From: Camelus dromedarius
Taxonomy: Eukaryota
DNA length: 64,000 nt
Direction: 5' to 3'
Assembly (NCBI RefSeq): GCF_036321535.1
Contig: NC_087437.1
Span: forward strand, 20,958,001 to 21,022,000
Shown: positions 26,011 through 38,997 of the stretch, one piece after another
Numbering within the stretch: position 1 is the stretch's first letter
How the letters are laid out: each line of letters begins with the position of its first letter
Program-made: the position numbers and the translations under genes
The notes under the pieces: generated by a model
The model's database searches: none
Seen by the model: the letters and a program-made list of their open reading frames with translations, nothing else
What the model was told of the DNA's origin: nothing

Positions 26011-28289
26011 GATTTGTTAGAAAAAATGGAAAAGATAAGAGAAACTAGTCAGGATTAGGTTACAGAATCAACTCTAGCTAGTTTAAGCAGAAAGAGATTT
26101 AATAAAAGATTTTAAATGGCTTATAGAGTTGTTGGAAAGACTGAAGAAACGGACTCTAGTCAAACTTTCAGGCATGACATTCAAAAGCCACATTGCACCT
26201 GGACCACAAGGGGCGTAATTACCACTTTTAGGATCAGAAAGGTGCCTGCAAAATTAGGAAGCTGTAACTTGTAGCTGCTAGTCTTAGAACTCTGCCACCT
26301 GTGCCATGATGAGAAGTCTGCTGCTATTAGGAAACAGACATCGACAGGCCAGTCAAGTGTGGGTAATGGATGAAAAGCCCGAAAAAGGGAGTCAATGGAA
26401 AACCATTAGAATGGGTTACCTAAATTGAGGAAGGGTCAGTGTTATCAAATACTAAAGTGTGGTTAAATAAGGTCGCACCAGAAAAGCAGTCCTTTGATTT
26501 GGTAACACTTAATATTATTATTGTTCTTGAAAGTTCTAGTAAAGAAAGGGTCAGAAGCCAAATTTCAGGTTCAGGCTGTGAGTAGGAGGTGAAGGATTGG
26601 AGCGAGATTTTAAATTAAGTTTTCCAGAAGCTTGCCTTTTAAGGAGCAGTAATTTTTTGTTAGTGTTTTTATTTTTTTGGTCCAAAGCACTTGCTTATTT
26701 ATATACAGTAATTAACTAGAACTAGTGAGGCCCTACGCAGATATCACATGTAAGACAAGTATATTCTAAAGTTCCTGACGTCTGACCTTTTTGTGTAGCT
26801 TGATATAAAGTGTGTGCTATTAAAATAATCTCTGCTTAGAGATGTAATGGGTACAACGTGATTTTTATTAATTCTCTAACCATTAGTTACTTCATTTTTT
26901 GTTTTTTAAAAATAAAGTTGCAGTTAATTATTTTGATTTTTTTTATAAAGTGCCAATTAATTACTACTGTAGTTTGGAGTTACAGTTTAAAGCCTTGATA
27001 GCTGACTTAATCAACATATTAACATGATTGATTTGTGATCTGGCATTGATTTCGATGAATTTACTTGCAAGGTAGTTTATTTTGAACGTTAGTGACACTC
27101 AAAGAGTACAGATTATGACAACTGCCTTTCTAAGAAGTGATGTTGAGTGCATTTTATGTATTACATAGAAGTTGAATTTTTACTTATTCTAAGTAAATAT
27201 CTGACAATGTCAAAGTCATTAGATTCTGCTGACAAAATGATCCCCACTGTCTCCCTCTTAAACAGGTGGGTGGTAGAATACGTGTACACTTAATACAGTG
27301 GCATTTGCTCAAACTGCGCTTATGTGAATAAAACAGCAACATGTTCAAGGGCAGTGATTGAGTGTTCCAGATTCCCTCATTAGATATGGAGCATTTTATT
27401 ATGATTTAATTCCAAATTTGTTTACTTTCCAGGCCTTATATGGTGACCTAGTTGTATTTTCAGTTGAGAGAAAACAAACCAAAACCCTCTGGGTTATATA
27501 GAGGGGAGCTGTCAATGAAAGAGAGACTTAAAGGAGAAGATTGGAAATAGAATTGGTTGGCAGTGTCCTAGCGTGAGAGGGAGGGAATGGGGTAGAGAGA
27601 GCACCGGTAGATGGATGAGCTTTGGAGAAGAGGAGGGGGATCTCTTCTCATGTGGAACAGGAAAATGGATGGATACAAATTCAAATACATATAATTTTTT
27701 TTCTGTTAGGAAACCAGTGTATTTATAAAGGCCAACTCACATTAGACAATCTGAGGGTCATTTTAAAAGATCAGATTCCTTGATTCTGACTTGAGATGAA
27801 TGTAAGTATGTTTATTCTGTTTAAGTGGTTCCTTGACTTTTTTCCCTAACCTCTCAGTGACACACTTAACAATGAGTATCTTACTGGTGCCTTTCCATTG
27901 ATTTTCTAATTTTAATTTTAGAGAACTATTTGTTACTGGGTTTTTCATCAGTGCTTCTTAAGTTTCTGATTGACTTCTTTAAAATATATTGGTTTAAGTG
28001 GCCTTTAAAGTTGACAAGCAGAAAGAGACTTGAGTTTATCTAGCTCAGGCTTTCATCAGGAAAACTGTTCTTCAGAGCTTTGAAGTCGTTTGCTGCTTAG
28101 TGGCATAGGTGAGACAGGAGCATTGGTTTCATGATTCTCAGGGAAATGCTCTTGCCCTGTGCCAACCACCTTGCTTTCCTAATGTAGTTCACTGGTGTCT
28201 GACTTCAGCGCCCACACTTCTGTGTGTCCTTTCAGCCCATGAGCATCTCATATCACGAGAACTTCGAAACTAGACTTACAGGCTTCTTC

Positions 28290-29720
28290 TAATATTCATT
28301 CAGCAACTATTTCTCAAGTGTCACCTGTGTGACAGTCACTGTTTTAAATCTTGGGGATCAGCAAGTTCTCAGGCCTTGAATTGAGGGAACCAAAAATAAA
28401 CTTAAGTAAAAATGAACAGTTTCAGATAGTTGTAAATGCTGTCAAGAAAACAAGCAGAAATAGAATATGGTAGCAGGCTTATCTACTTTAGATAGAATAG
28501 TCAGGAAGGGTTTTTCTGAGGAAGTGGCATTTGAGCTGAGACCTGAGTGGTAAGAAGAGGCAGCCATAAGGAGAGGGAGGGTTAGAGCGTTCCAGGCAGA
28601 GGCCCTCCCCTTGAACAGGCTGGGCATGGTTAATGTAAGGGAAGAGGGTGAGTGGGAGGAGAAGAGGCCAGAGAGAAGAGCACAGTCCAGTAGAGCTGTG
28701 AAGACCATGAAACTAGGGATTTAGAAATGGCCTTGTACGCTAAGTGAAATGGAACCGTATTGGAGTAGGGGAATGACCTGAATAGTGTGCTTAAAAGATC
28801 ACATGCTTGATGGAAGGTGGGCTGTAGGGTAATACTAATGAAGGCAAGAAGAAGTGGTGGGATTTGGGATTTATTTGGAGGTCTGCTGGATTTACTGATG
28901 GGTTGGATATAGGGGTGGGAGGTTTTGGAAGGATAGTGAAAAAGAGAGAAGATGCTGGTAGACTGGGGTAAGCCTGTGTTCTTTGGGGAAGAAATCAGAT
29001 GATCTGGGGCTTAAGTTTGAGAAGCCTACTGAATATTCAAGGAGGCAGTTGAATATTCACATCTAGTGTTGGGGAGCAGTAATCAGGGTGGGAAATGCAG
29101 ATTTGGGAGGCATTAGCATTAACACCATATACCCTGAAGGAATTTGCATAGGGAAAGAAGAGAAAGTGGTCCAGAACTGAACCCTGAAGCATTGCAACAT
29201 TTAGAGGTGAGAAGGGAGGGAAGTCAGCAGAGGGCCAGTGATGTAGGAGGAAAGCCAGAAATACTGGGTGTGGAAGCTAGGGAAAGAGGGATTTTTAAGG
29301 AGGGGTGTTTGCCTCCACTTGTATTAAATACTGCTGCCAGATCAGGTGTGATGAGGACAGAGACATGCCATTGGCAATATGGAATGCATTGGTGACTTTG
29401 GCTAGAGCAGTTTCAGTGTCATTATTGGGTTAGAAGCTGAAGAGGATCAAAGAATGAATAGAAGGTAAGGAATTGGAGACAGTGACTAGAGATGATTGCT
29501 TTTGAGAAGTTTTGCTGTGAAAGGGAGTCTAGAAATGGAATAATATCCTGAGGGAGGAGGTAGAGTCAAGGGAGATTTCTTTTTTCTTTTTTGTACTTTT
29601 AAAAAATTGGGAAATGCCAAAGCTTGTTCATGAGCTGATGGGAATGATCCAGTAGAGAGGGAAATTAATGGTGATACAAAAAAGAGGGATTAATTATGGA
29701 GACAAGTCTTTGGGGTGGCG
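28290..29720 (-). mobile_element. Ancient L2 element
   Basis: Starts with the reverse complement of the L2 3' end (ttcattcagcaactattt), followed by a purine-rich L2-type body. Confidence 0.7.
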
Positions 29721-30001
29721 CTGGTGGGATGGGTTGGAGGGCACAAGTTGGGGGATTGCCCTTTTCTAGGAGGAGGGACCCAGTGGTATAACATGATCTC
29801 ACACGCCCCTGTGTACACAGCTCCTCCCTTCTGTCTCACCAGACTCCTTTAGATCAAGTTGATCATCATCTTTCTCTAATCAGTAATTTTTTTTTCTGTG
29901 CTACATCTTATATATTCTTTTGAATTTAATTTATTCTATATAAGGCTTAGCATATAGCAGGTGGTGATTTTTAACATCAGTTTTAATTTTTGTGCCAACA
30001 G

Positions 30002-30119
30002 GTGAAGCAAAAAATTTATTGCCATATCTTGGACCCCACAAAATGAGAGATTGTTTCTGCACCATAAATTTGGACCAGGAAGAGGTTTACCGTACCCAAG
30101 TTGTTGAGAAATCTTTAAG
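30002..30119 (+). CDS. RASA2: RASA2 coding exon 2 (C2A domain)
   Basis: Acceptor ttttgtgccaacAG. 118 nt encoding (C)[38 protein letters not shown](S). Donor GTTTGT at 30120. Phases match exons 1 and 3. Confidence 0.96.
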
Positions 30120-32699
30120 GTTTGTAAAACAATTGGTAAATTATCATTTGCATGATATATATTGATTGAAACATTTTATACATACATTTCCTAGGCAGCC
30201 ATCATCAAGAAGACATTTTTCATCTGGAACTTTTACTTTTCTTTTACATTCTGAGTTTATTTTTAGAATTATGAAATCTCAGAGTTTAAAGGAGCCTTCA
30301 TGTTCATTGAGCTGGACTAAATGCCTTATGCTTAGTTCACACTGACAATTATCTTTGACAAGTGATCATCTGGCATTTGCTTAATAATGTTCCAGTGACC
30401 AAGGAGTTCACTGCCTCCTAAGCAGCCTGTTGGGTCTTGGAACCATTCTGACTCTTAAAAAACTGTTGCATTTAGTTGATTAACGTCTATCAAAAGGAGA
30501 ATGTACTGCACGCCAGGAACTTGCTGGGTGCTGTTTATTCATACAACCACGAGAACAAGACAGACTCAGTGCTTGCTTTCATGTGACTTTTCATTGCCTC
30601 AAAATGTATCTTCCTGTTAATTGTTTTTAATTCTGTCCCCTGGATTTCTGGAGAACAAGTTTAATCCATGTTTCACATGACACTCTTTCAAGTTTTTGAA
30701 AACAACTGCCATATACCTCAGGTTTTTCTGTAGGCTAAATTTTGCCCATTCATTCAAACTTTTCTCAAAGTTCATCATTATTTTATTACTCATGAGAATA
30801 AATTACCCCTTAAAGTTTGTACAAGTCGCTTAACTAAGTAGGGCATTGTAAGGGAATGAACTCCTAGGTAGATTTCTCATCTTTTGAAAGTGTAATAGCA
30901 CTTTGAGAATATCATAGTAAATTCTAATTCATCAAGTTAGAGTGTACCGCCTCTTCTCTGCAATAGTGTTTGTGGACATAATTCTAGTGCAGAGCTGTGC
31001 TGTAAGGATGCAGTCTTATTCAGAGGTAAGAGTTAAAGCTAGGGAATGGAGAGTTGTTGGAATGAACATACGGTGGATGAGATATTTAGTAACCCAAAAA
31101 GAGTTAAAGTAATACACTTCACGTCTTTAATCGTAAATCACCTGTCCCTGTTGTATTAGAATTCTTTTGTTACTTACATGTTATAAATGATGAAACTGAG
31201 TCACCAAAAGGCTGAATAATTTGTGCATATAATAAAGGAAGTTAGAAGCAAAACTGAGATTGGGACGTGAAACTATTTAAATCTTAATTTGTTACTTAAT
31301 GTATGTTGATTCCATATCGCAGAAAAATCAGTGACATACAAAACTAGTAATTTTTAATAAATTGAATACTTTGGGTTGTTCCTAATATGTAGACTTGTAA
31401 ATGAGTAACTGAAGTTAGTTTACTTTTTTGTTTGTTTGTATTAAACCCTTGCCTTTCCAGATATTTGTGTTGGGGAAAATTATAAAACCAATTATTTTTA
31501 TCCATCTTAAATTATTTTTCTAGATGCGTAGCAACTTGGAAGATATTTTAAGGCTAGCAGTGGTTACCTGAGGTCATTTCAATATAGTTAGATATTTCTT
31601 GGATTCTAGGTGCCCCCCTAGCATGTTCCCTTGTGGAATAGGGTGAAAGAAACTGTAGCACAAAGCCTTCCTCACTTTGCTTTCATTTCATTGTTTTCTA
31701 CCCTTGTGGATAATGTGATAAGCTAAGTCAAAAGTCGGTAGATACCATTTAGATCTTTATGGGTTCTGAATATTATAGTTTTTATAGGCAGTCTGGATAT
31801 AGAATTTTCATATCAGGTAAGTAGGAGTCACACATGGAATCCATAGCTCCTAAATCTCTACCTTAACTCCTTTTAAGGAGTAGGTGGTCTGTAAACAAAT
31901 CGAGTAACATTAATACTGCTTCTCTTCTCCACACCAGGAACTTCCTTAGGAGTGATAAGCGTGATCATAGGTCAGTGATCATAGTAGAGTATTGCTTTAA
32001 ATAAATCTGGTCATTGCTCCTTACCAACCTTGTTGAAAAGTTTTCTTCAAATACATTGATTAATCAATTAATTAATTTATAGAATAAAGACGTAGACACC
32101 CAGATGTGGGGATTAATTTGTTGAGATTGTGGTAATATAGTGATACAGATGACTTAATGAATAGGTCTCATCTTGTCCTTTTTTGGCCTTAGAATGTGTT
32201 TTTAAAATAATAGTTGAGTGTGGATGTGTGATGTATAAAGGAATTTCTTAATTTTATGATTGTAAAATGATGCAAAGGAGGAAAATTCCTAAACATGTCG
32301 TGTCTTTACCTAATAGTTGTTTTTGTATTGCTTTCTATGTTGAGACTAAATAGAAGACTAGTTACTGTGACAGACCAACTTTTAGAAGTTTATTTTGGTT
32401 ACGTTTGAAGTGAAAAACATATTGACAGACGTTGACCAGGCATTGTAACAACTAAAAAGCTGAGCTGGCAGTTTTCTGGACAGGGTCCTAAATGACTTCT
32501 TTAAGAGTCATTTACTTTGCATTTCAGCTTCTCTTTAAGTCGTGACATCCTGAAGAAGTTATATTTTATGGTGACATTTTTAATGTATCTTTTTGCTCTT
32601 TAAACATTTTCAGGAAAGAGGTACTTTGACAGATGATGTTAACTAGCATTTCAGAGATTCATGTCTTCATGGGAGAATTTAAATATCAAAATAGCATTT

Positions 32700-34060
32700 T
32701 TAAAATGAACTTAGAAAAATAAGCTGTTTCATAGGAGAAAATCTTAGCAACTTAGGGGTAAGCAAAGATTTCTTTACTTAGGATGCTAAAAGCATCAGCC
32801 ATAAAAGAGGTAACTTGATAAATTGGATTTTATCAGAATCAGAGCCTTCTGCTCTTCAACAGACACTGGCAAGAAAATGAAATGGCAGGCCACGCCTGGA
32901 AGAAAATATTTTGACAAAGGACTTGTATCCAAAATTTCTTTAAAAAAAAAAATAGAAGATAGACAACCCTTTTAAAATATGTGGGGAAAACTCAGACAGA
33001 TGTTTCCTAAAGTAAGATATACAAATGGCCAGCAAGCACATGAAAAGATATTTAACATCATGAGTCATCAGGGAAATGTAGTTTAAAACCATTTCTGTCA
33101 CTATAGATTCTTGAACATAATGTATCATGATAGAAATCAGACCACTGGTCCCTGTGATAGTATGAAGTGACTGCACAAGGGGACTTTCTAGGGAGATGGA
33201 AATGTCTTTATCTTGATTGGGGTAGAGATTACACAGGGGTATAAATTTATCATGTCAAATTCACTAGAATATCTGATTTTAAAAAGTTTTGGTAGCAAAA
33301 GTTGACAATGATACAGAGCACCTGAAGCTCTCTCCTGCACTGCTGGTAGCAGTGGAAAATGGTACAATCAGGTTGGAAACAGTTTGACAATTTCCCATAA
33401 ATTAAAAATTCACCTACCCTTTAACTCAGCAACTCCACTTATAGTTACATACACAGAAGAACTGAAAGCATAAAAGGGCTGTGCGTACAAATATTCATAC
33501 AGCTTTATTTTTAATTGCCCAAATTGGAAGCAAGTCAGATGACATCACTAGGAGAATGGATTGTGGAATATTCATAAATGGAATGTTATCCTGCAATTAA
33601 AGCTAATGAACTAGTGATATATGTAACAAAATGGAAAAAAAATCTCATAGACATTAAGCTGAGTGAAAGAAGCTGGACACAAATGTACTTAACCATTTGA
33701 TTCCATTTATATGAAATCCTACAGCAGATCTTTAGTGACAGAAATCAGATCACTGTGGCTGGTATGGTAGAATAACTTTATGAGGAGATAGAAATGTTAC
33801 TGTATCTTAATTGGGATGGAGGCTACACAGGTTTATAATTTTATCAAAAGTCACAACCTCTGCACTTTTGAGGGGGTGGGTGAGTAATTAGGTTTACTTA
33901 CTTATTTTTAGAGAAGGTATTGGGGATTGAACCCAGGACCTTGTGTATGCTAAGTATGCACTCTACCACTTGAGCTATACCCTCCCCCCCCAACCTCTGC
34001 ACTTTAAATTGGATTTTATCATATGTAATTTATTCCTCAGTAAAGTGGATTAAAAATATC
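32700..34060 (+). mobile_element. Ancient L1M (ORF2 end plus 3' UTR)
   Basis: gatatacaaatggccagcaagcacatgaaaagat...tgagtgaaagaagctggacac...cctcagtaaagtggattaaaaa. Confidence 0.75.
33869..33990 (-). mobile_element. tRNA-derived SINE (Vic-1-like) inside an old L1
   Basis: Perfect 15-bp TSD caacctctgcacttt at 33854-33868 and 33991-34005. tRNA-like head on the minus strand. Confidence 0.92.
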
Positions 34061-34483
34061 TTGTTTTATTTTTTTGAAGAATATGTTTAACATTTTATAT
34101 AACATTACCCACTTTAGATGTTATATTATTGTGATTAATTTAGCTTTACGTATTTCTGAGATGATGATGGTGTGAACAACACTATCCTCAGCTCTTGTGT
34201 CCACTTTAGGTGAGCATGACCCTAGGCAGTTAGTGGGTCTGCTGGCCACAGGACTCCTGCAAATCTGCTTGTTCAGAGCCCAGCCTGGCAGTTGAGGTCC
34301 TTGTAGAGTTCAGCTTGGTTTGTGCAGGATTTAGTTGAAACATAACATAGAGAATTATTTTGGAGCTATTGAAACTTTTCTTTATGGTGTTTTAGTTTGT
34401 AATTTTAATTTATTTTATTGAAAATATTAATTGAGGATACTGTTGAATTTACATTTAATGAACTTTCCCCCTTTTCTCTTCAG

Positions 34484-34587
34484 CCCATTTTTCAGTGAAG
34501 AATTTTACTTTGAGATTCCAAGAACTTTCCAATATTTGTCTTTCTATGTCTATGATAAGAATGTTTTACAAAGAGACCTTCGTATAG
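34484..34587 (+). CDS. RASA2: RASA2 coding exon 3 (C2A domain)
   Basis: Polypyrimidine acceptor ctttcccccttttctcttcAG. 104 nt encoding (S)PFFSEEFYFEIPRTFQYLSFYVYDKNVLQRDLRI(G). Donor GTATGT at 34588. Confidence 0.96.
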
Positions 34588-36559
34588 GTATGTACTATTC
34601 ATAATTATCTTTAATCACAACATTGGTGTTTGCACTCATTCTTTCTCTAAAAGTGTTGAAAATATGCTCAACATTTCTAATCCTTTCCTCTAGACTTCAT
34701 TTGTGGACCTGATTTTTAATTTGTATGCTCAGCTTGTATGACACTTCCTCAGGGAAGGGGTGTAACTGATCCTCCCCTTGTCATGGTTTCATCTATTTCC
34801 ATAGTACCTGATCGGTCCCTTTCTGTAGTATTCATTATACTTGTTCATCATTTTGTTGTTTAAGGTCTAGATTCGCTAGTTGAATATGATATTTATGAAG
34901 GCAGAGACTGTCACTCAGAGACTGCCTTACATTTAGTAACTGTTTGGTAAGTATTTGTTAAATGGTTCAAAGAATGTTTTTATACAAAGATCACAGTATT
35001 TGATCTCCAAAGAACATCTGTTTTTTGGAGCTTTTCTAATAGAAGTAATAATTCACTTTAATCTAGTCATATGTTTTCTCTCTGGCCATATTGGTGACCA
35101 GTAACTATTTCTTAAATAATTGTCTGAGGCTGGGGTGTAATCTGTAGGCACGGACTAGAACAATGCTAACTGGCCCCATATGTGTCACATTTATGGTCTT
35201 TGCACCATTATCTTTGAACTGTAATAACAGGTAGAGGTCTGTAATTTACATGTATTACTCTCCCTTTTTAGTGTCCTGAATTTCATCGTCTCCATCTCTC
35301 ATTTCCAATTTGAATATGCTCGTCTCCTACAGTTTAAATGATTAGGCTTTAATTGATTTTGACCTCTTAACTACCATCTAATTTGTTTCTGCTTTTGCTA
35401 TTGAACTACTTAACAAATGGTGTGTATCCTTCTGCTTACTACTTATTTATCTTTAAATCTCCTGTAATCTGGCTTCTACGTTTTTCTGACAATTGAAATT
35501 TGCCAAAATCATTTAGGAGCAAATAAAATAACCTTTTAAAAACAATCATATTTTTTCTTAATTATAAAATTACTTTGTGTTCTTAGGGGACTGGTAGTGA
35601 CTTTGCACAGGAATAGTTACAGTTAATATGTGTATTTCTTCCCATTCTTTATTTCATGCATTTGTATTGTTATGTTGTACTATTTATTCAGTTTTTTCCT
35701 TTTTCACTTAATATTATCTAATGATTCTTTCATTAAATATTTTTCAAAAATAATTTGTTTTTTAATATCTTTTTTTAGAAATATATGACTTTATCACTCC
35801 TTTGTCACTCCTTTCTTGGTGGACATTGATGTTTCCAGATTTTTAATACTCTAAATGGTGTTGCTATGAATATCCTTCTGCATAAACTTTTGCATGTCTC
35901 TTTTTTTAGGATAAATTCCTAGAAGTGAAAATGCTGAGTCAAAGGGTTTGAATATTTTTAAGCTTCTCCTGTATGTATTTTTACATTGGCTCCCAGAAAT
36001 ATTGTACTAATTTACATTCCCCCCAGCATAGCATGGGCATAATCATCATCATGCCCTGGTCATTCTTGAATATTATCATTGAAATTTTTTTTCCATTTGA
36101 TAGGTGAAAGTAGTATTTTCTTTTTCCAACTTAATGTTTTCTGATTATTAGTGAATTTGAGGAATTTTTCAAATGTTTATCGGTCTTTTACATTTTTCTT
36201 CTATGAATTAGTTGTTAATTCTTTTGTCTATTTTTCTTTTGGATGGAATTTTATCTTTTATCTATTCCTATACATCTGTATTTATTAAGTATGTTAACTT
36301 TTGTCAGCTGTATACATAACAAATACTTTTTCTCTATCACAAAAGGCATTTTCGTAGTTTTCAATCGCCTTCTGCCTCTGTGTCACATTAGACTCTCTGA
36401 ACTGTTTATTCAGTTTATTGAAAGCCAAAGAAAAGACAGTTTAATGTCACTGCATTTTCCTAGTTGTCTTTCTTCTGACTCCTTTACTTATATGTGGACT
36501 TTTCTCTTTCTAACAGACCTTTAATTATGGATTACCCTTGAGGCTCTATCCTCAATTCA

Positions 36560-37870
36560 GTTAAACGAACATTTACAAACACTTCTGTAGCACACGAAAG
36601 ATGGGAATATTAAGATGAATAAGATTCAAGTTGCTCCCAGGCTATCAGGGAGGCAGATGTGTACTCTAATACTAATGTATTTAATAGGGTCTGTGCTGGA
36701 GGTAGGAACAAAGTACTTGGGAGCACAGAGGAAAGAAGAGTTAATTTTGTTTGGTGGAGGATTAGCAGAGAACAGAGACTACCCTGAGTTTCAAGATAAC
36801 AGGGATTAGCAGAAGCAGAGAAGAAAAAGTGAATCTTTGTGGTGTATGTGCTGGAGTGTATAAATTACTTCAGAGCAGTGTGGTAGCTGGTGAATCTGGA
36901 AATACAAATTGGGCCAAGTTGTGGTGACCCTAAAAGCTGTGCTAAGGAATTGGACTTTATCCTATAGACAGTAGTACTGAGCCTTTTTAGAATGAGGAGG
37001 CTTTTGAAAGTTATATATAACTATATATACAAATAGACGTTTGTAGTTTAACAACTTTCTGTGGCCTAAGCAATAAATCTCAAACTACAAACTCAGTGTC
37101 TCTAGAAATACATAGTTAAAGTATATATGTGTAATTATATATAACTATATATACACACACAGTTTTTTTTTAGGTATACATACACATACTTTAAATATGT
37201 AATCTATAGTTTATGGTTTAGAATAGCAAGAGGTTAATGGCAGGGAGGTCATCAAGGAAGCTGTTTTCAAATGAGATGAAGGGTAATGGCTGTGGAAATG
37301 TAAATGATGGCATGTACCTCACAGGAGTAGCCTTCAAATAGGATTTAGGGACTAAGGAGATACAGGGGATATAAGAAGAGAAGGAGTTAAAAATGGTCTT
37401 GTTGTCTGTGGCTCTTATTCATTAACTGCGATAAACTGTGAAAAAGACCGTTCAGTTTTGAGTGGGGGATGGGACGGGGAGAGGATGTCTTTGGCTTCAG
37501 ACAAGTTAAACTTGTTGTATTACCTGGGCTCTATCTTGGTGGACATGTTGGTTGGCTGTTGGAAAAACAGATCTGAAGTTTAGGGAAGAGATCTGGACTT
37601 GATGTGGAGATGTGGATCTGAGAGTCATTAGCATTGAGTGATACTTGAAGCCTCTACCAAAATGAATGAAATTGTCCTGGAAGCAGTTAAGGAGGGTTGC
37701 AGGGAAAATGAGGCTTCAGTGAAGATTGATAGTGTATCAGAAAGGTCAGAAGAGAGATAGGAGAGAGCAGTATCTCAGAAGGCAAGGAGATCTTTTAATA
37801 ACTAGAGAGAGAGTAGGATAAAGATTGCATAGAGGCTGTTGGCTGTTATTAGTGACCCTTGAAAGAGTGT
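36560..37870 (-). mobile_element. Ancient L2 element
   Basis: Purine-rich degenerate L2-type body, similar in character to 28290-29720. Confidence 0.6.
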
Positions 37871-38997
37871 GTATCTTTGATTATCATGACTTTTTAAAAT
37901 GTTTTGTAATTTTCATTGTCTTATTTACACATAGTCATCATTTAGTGTTTCTCGAAAAGGCTTTAATTGAGGTTTATAATTATGATTTGTAAAAGTTGCC
38001 CTTGTTTCATTTTTTGTTTATTTTTAAAGTAAAAATTTTAATTTAAGTAAAAATCAATTCTTTGTAGAGTGGTATCAGAAGGCAATAACTTGGTATAGAA
38101 ACTTTTAAAAAAATAAGTTTATTCTTATTAGGAAATAAAACTTCTTCACTTAGCAGAAATTATTTTTCCTTTTACAAATAGGAATTATTAAAGTAAACAC
38201 AGTATGTGCATAGTTTTTAAAGTTGGAAAAGAAGAAAAAGCAAAAAAAAAAAAAGAAAGAAACCAAACGAAAAAGAAAAAACTAGTTGGAAAATGGTCTT
38301 GATATTTTCACTTATAAATTTTTGCATTTTTTAGTTTAACATATTTTCTTTTGTCATTAACTCATAAGATTAGGGGGGGTTTGTTGTTGTTGTTTTTAAT
38401 TTCAAGCTGCTGGAAATTGAGTTCCCTTAACTATTCTATGACTCTGAGTTGCTCTGTTGTAGGTTAAACAGTGCCATAGCATTTTCTGGGAATGTAATTT
38501 GAGTTAAATTTGAGAGAACTATCTTTCAAACATAAGAAGAGCTGAGAATGTGAACTGGTTGAATAGCTTTGAGAGCTTTTTGTTTTTTATTTTTAATTGT
38601 ATAGGTAATACATGGATATTACCTTCCATATATGGTAATATATGGATATTTTTCTTTTTGTAAGAAAATTTAAATTATAGTATTACAGATAATTAATTTT
38701 GACCACTGACTCCCACCTCCCAGTCCCCTTCCTGGAAGTTATAACTGTTACCAATATGGGCAAAGTTTTTCATATTAGACGTCTTTATATGCCAGGAACA
38801 GTTAGTACAAAAACTTGATTATGGAGTAATTAAAAACTTGAGACCTAGAAACCATTACTACAAAAAGATAGGAAATTGTAAAATTAAGGTTTTCAAGGTC
38901 TTTTACTGTGCTATATTATCCTAAGATATAATGTCTTTTTCTCTCAAAAAGAGAGGAAAAGAGGAAAGAAAAGCTTTATATAAGAATAAAATTCCAT

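Noticed and set aside
29955..30001. Upstream AG (tagcAG|gtg) 41 nt before the exon 2 acceptor
   Set aside because: No adjacent polypyrimidine tract and it would frameshift; no supporting evidence.
37005..37200. Repeated ttatatataactatatatac motif
   Set aside because: Low-complexity AT-rich slippage within an old L2 region; no further structure supported.
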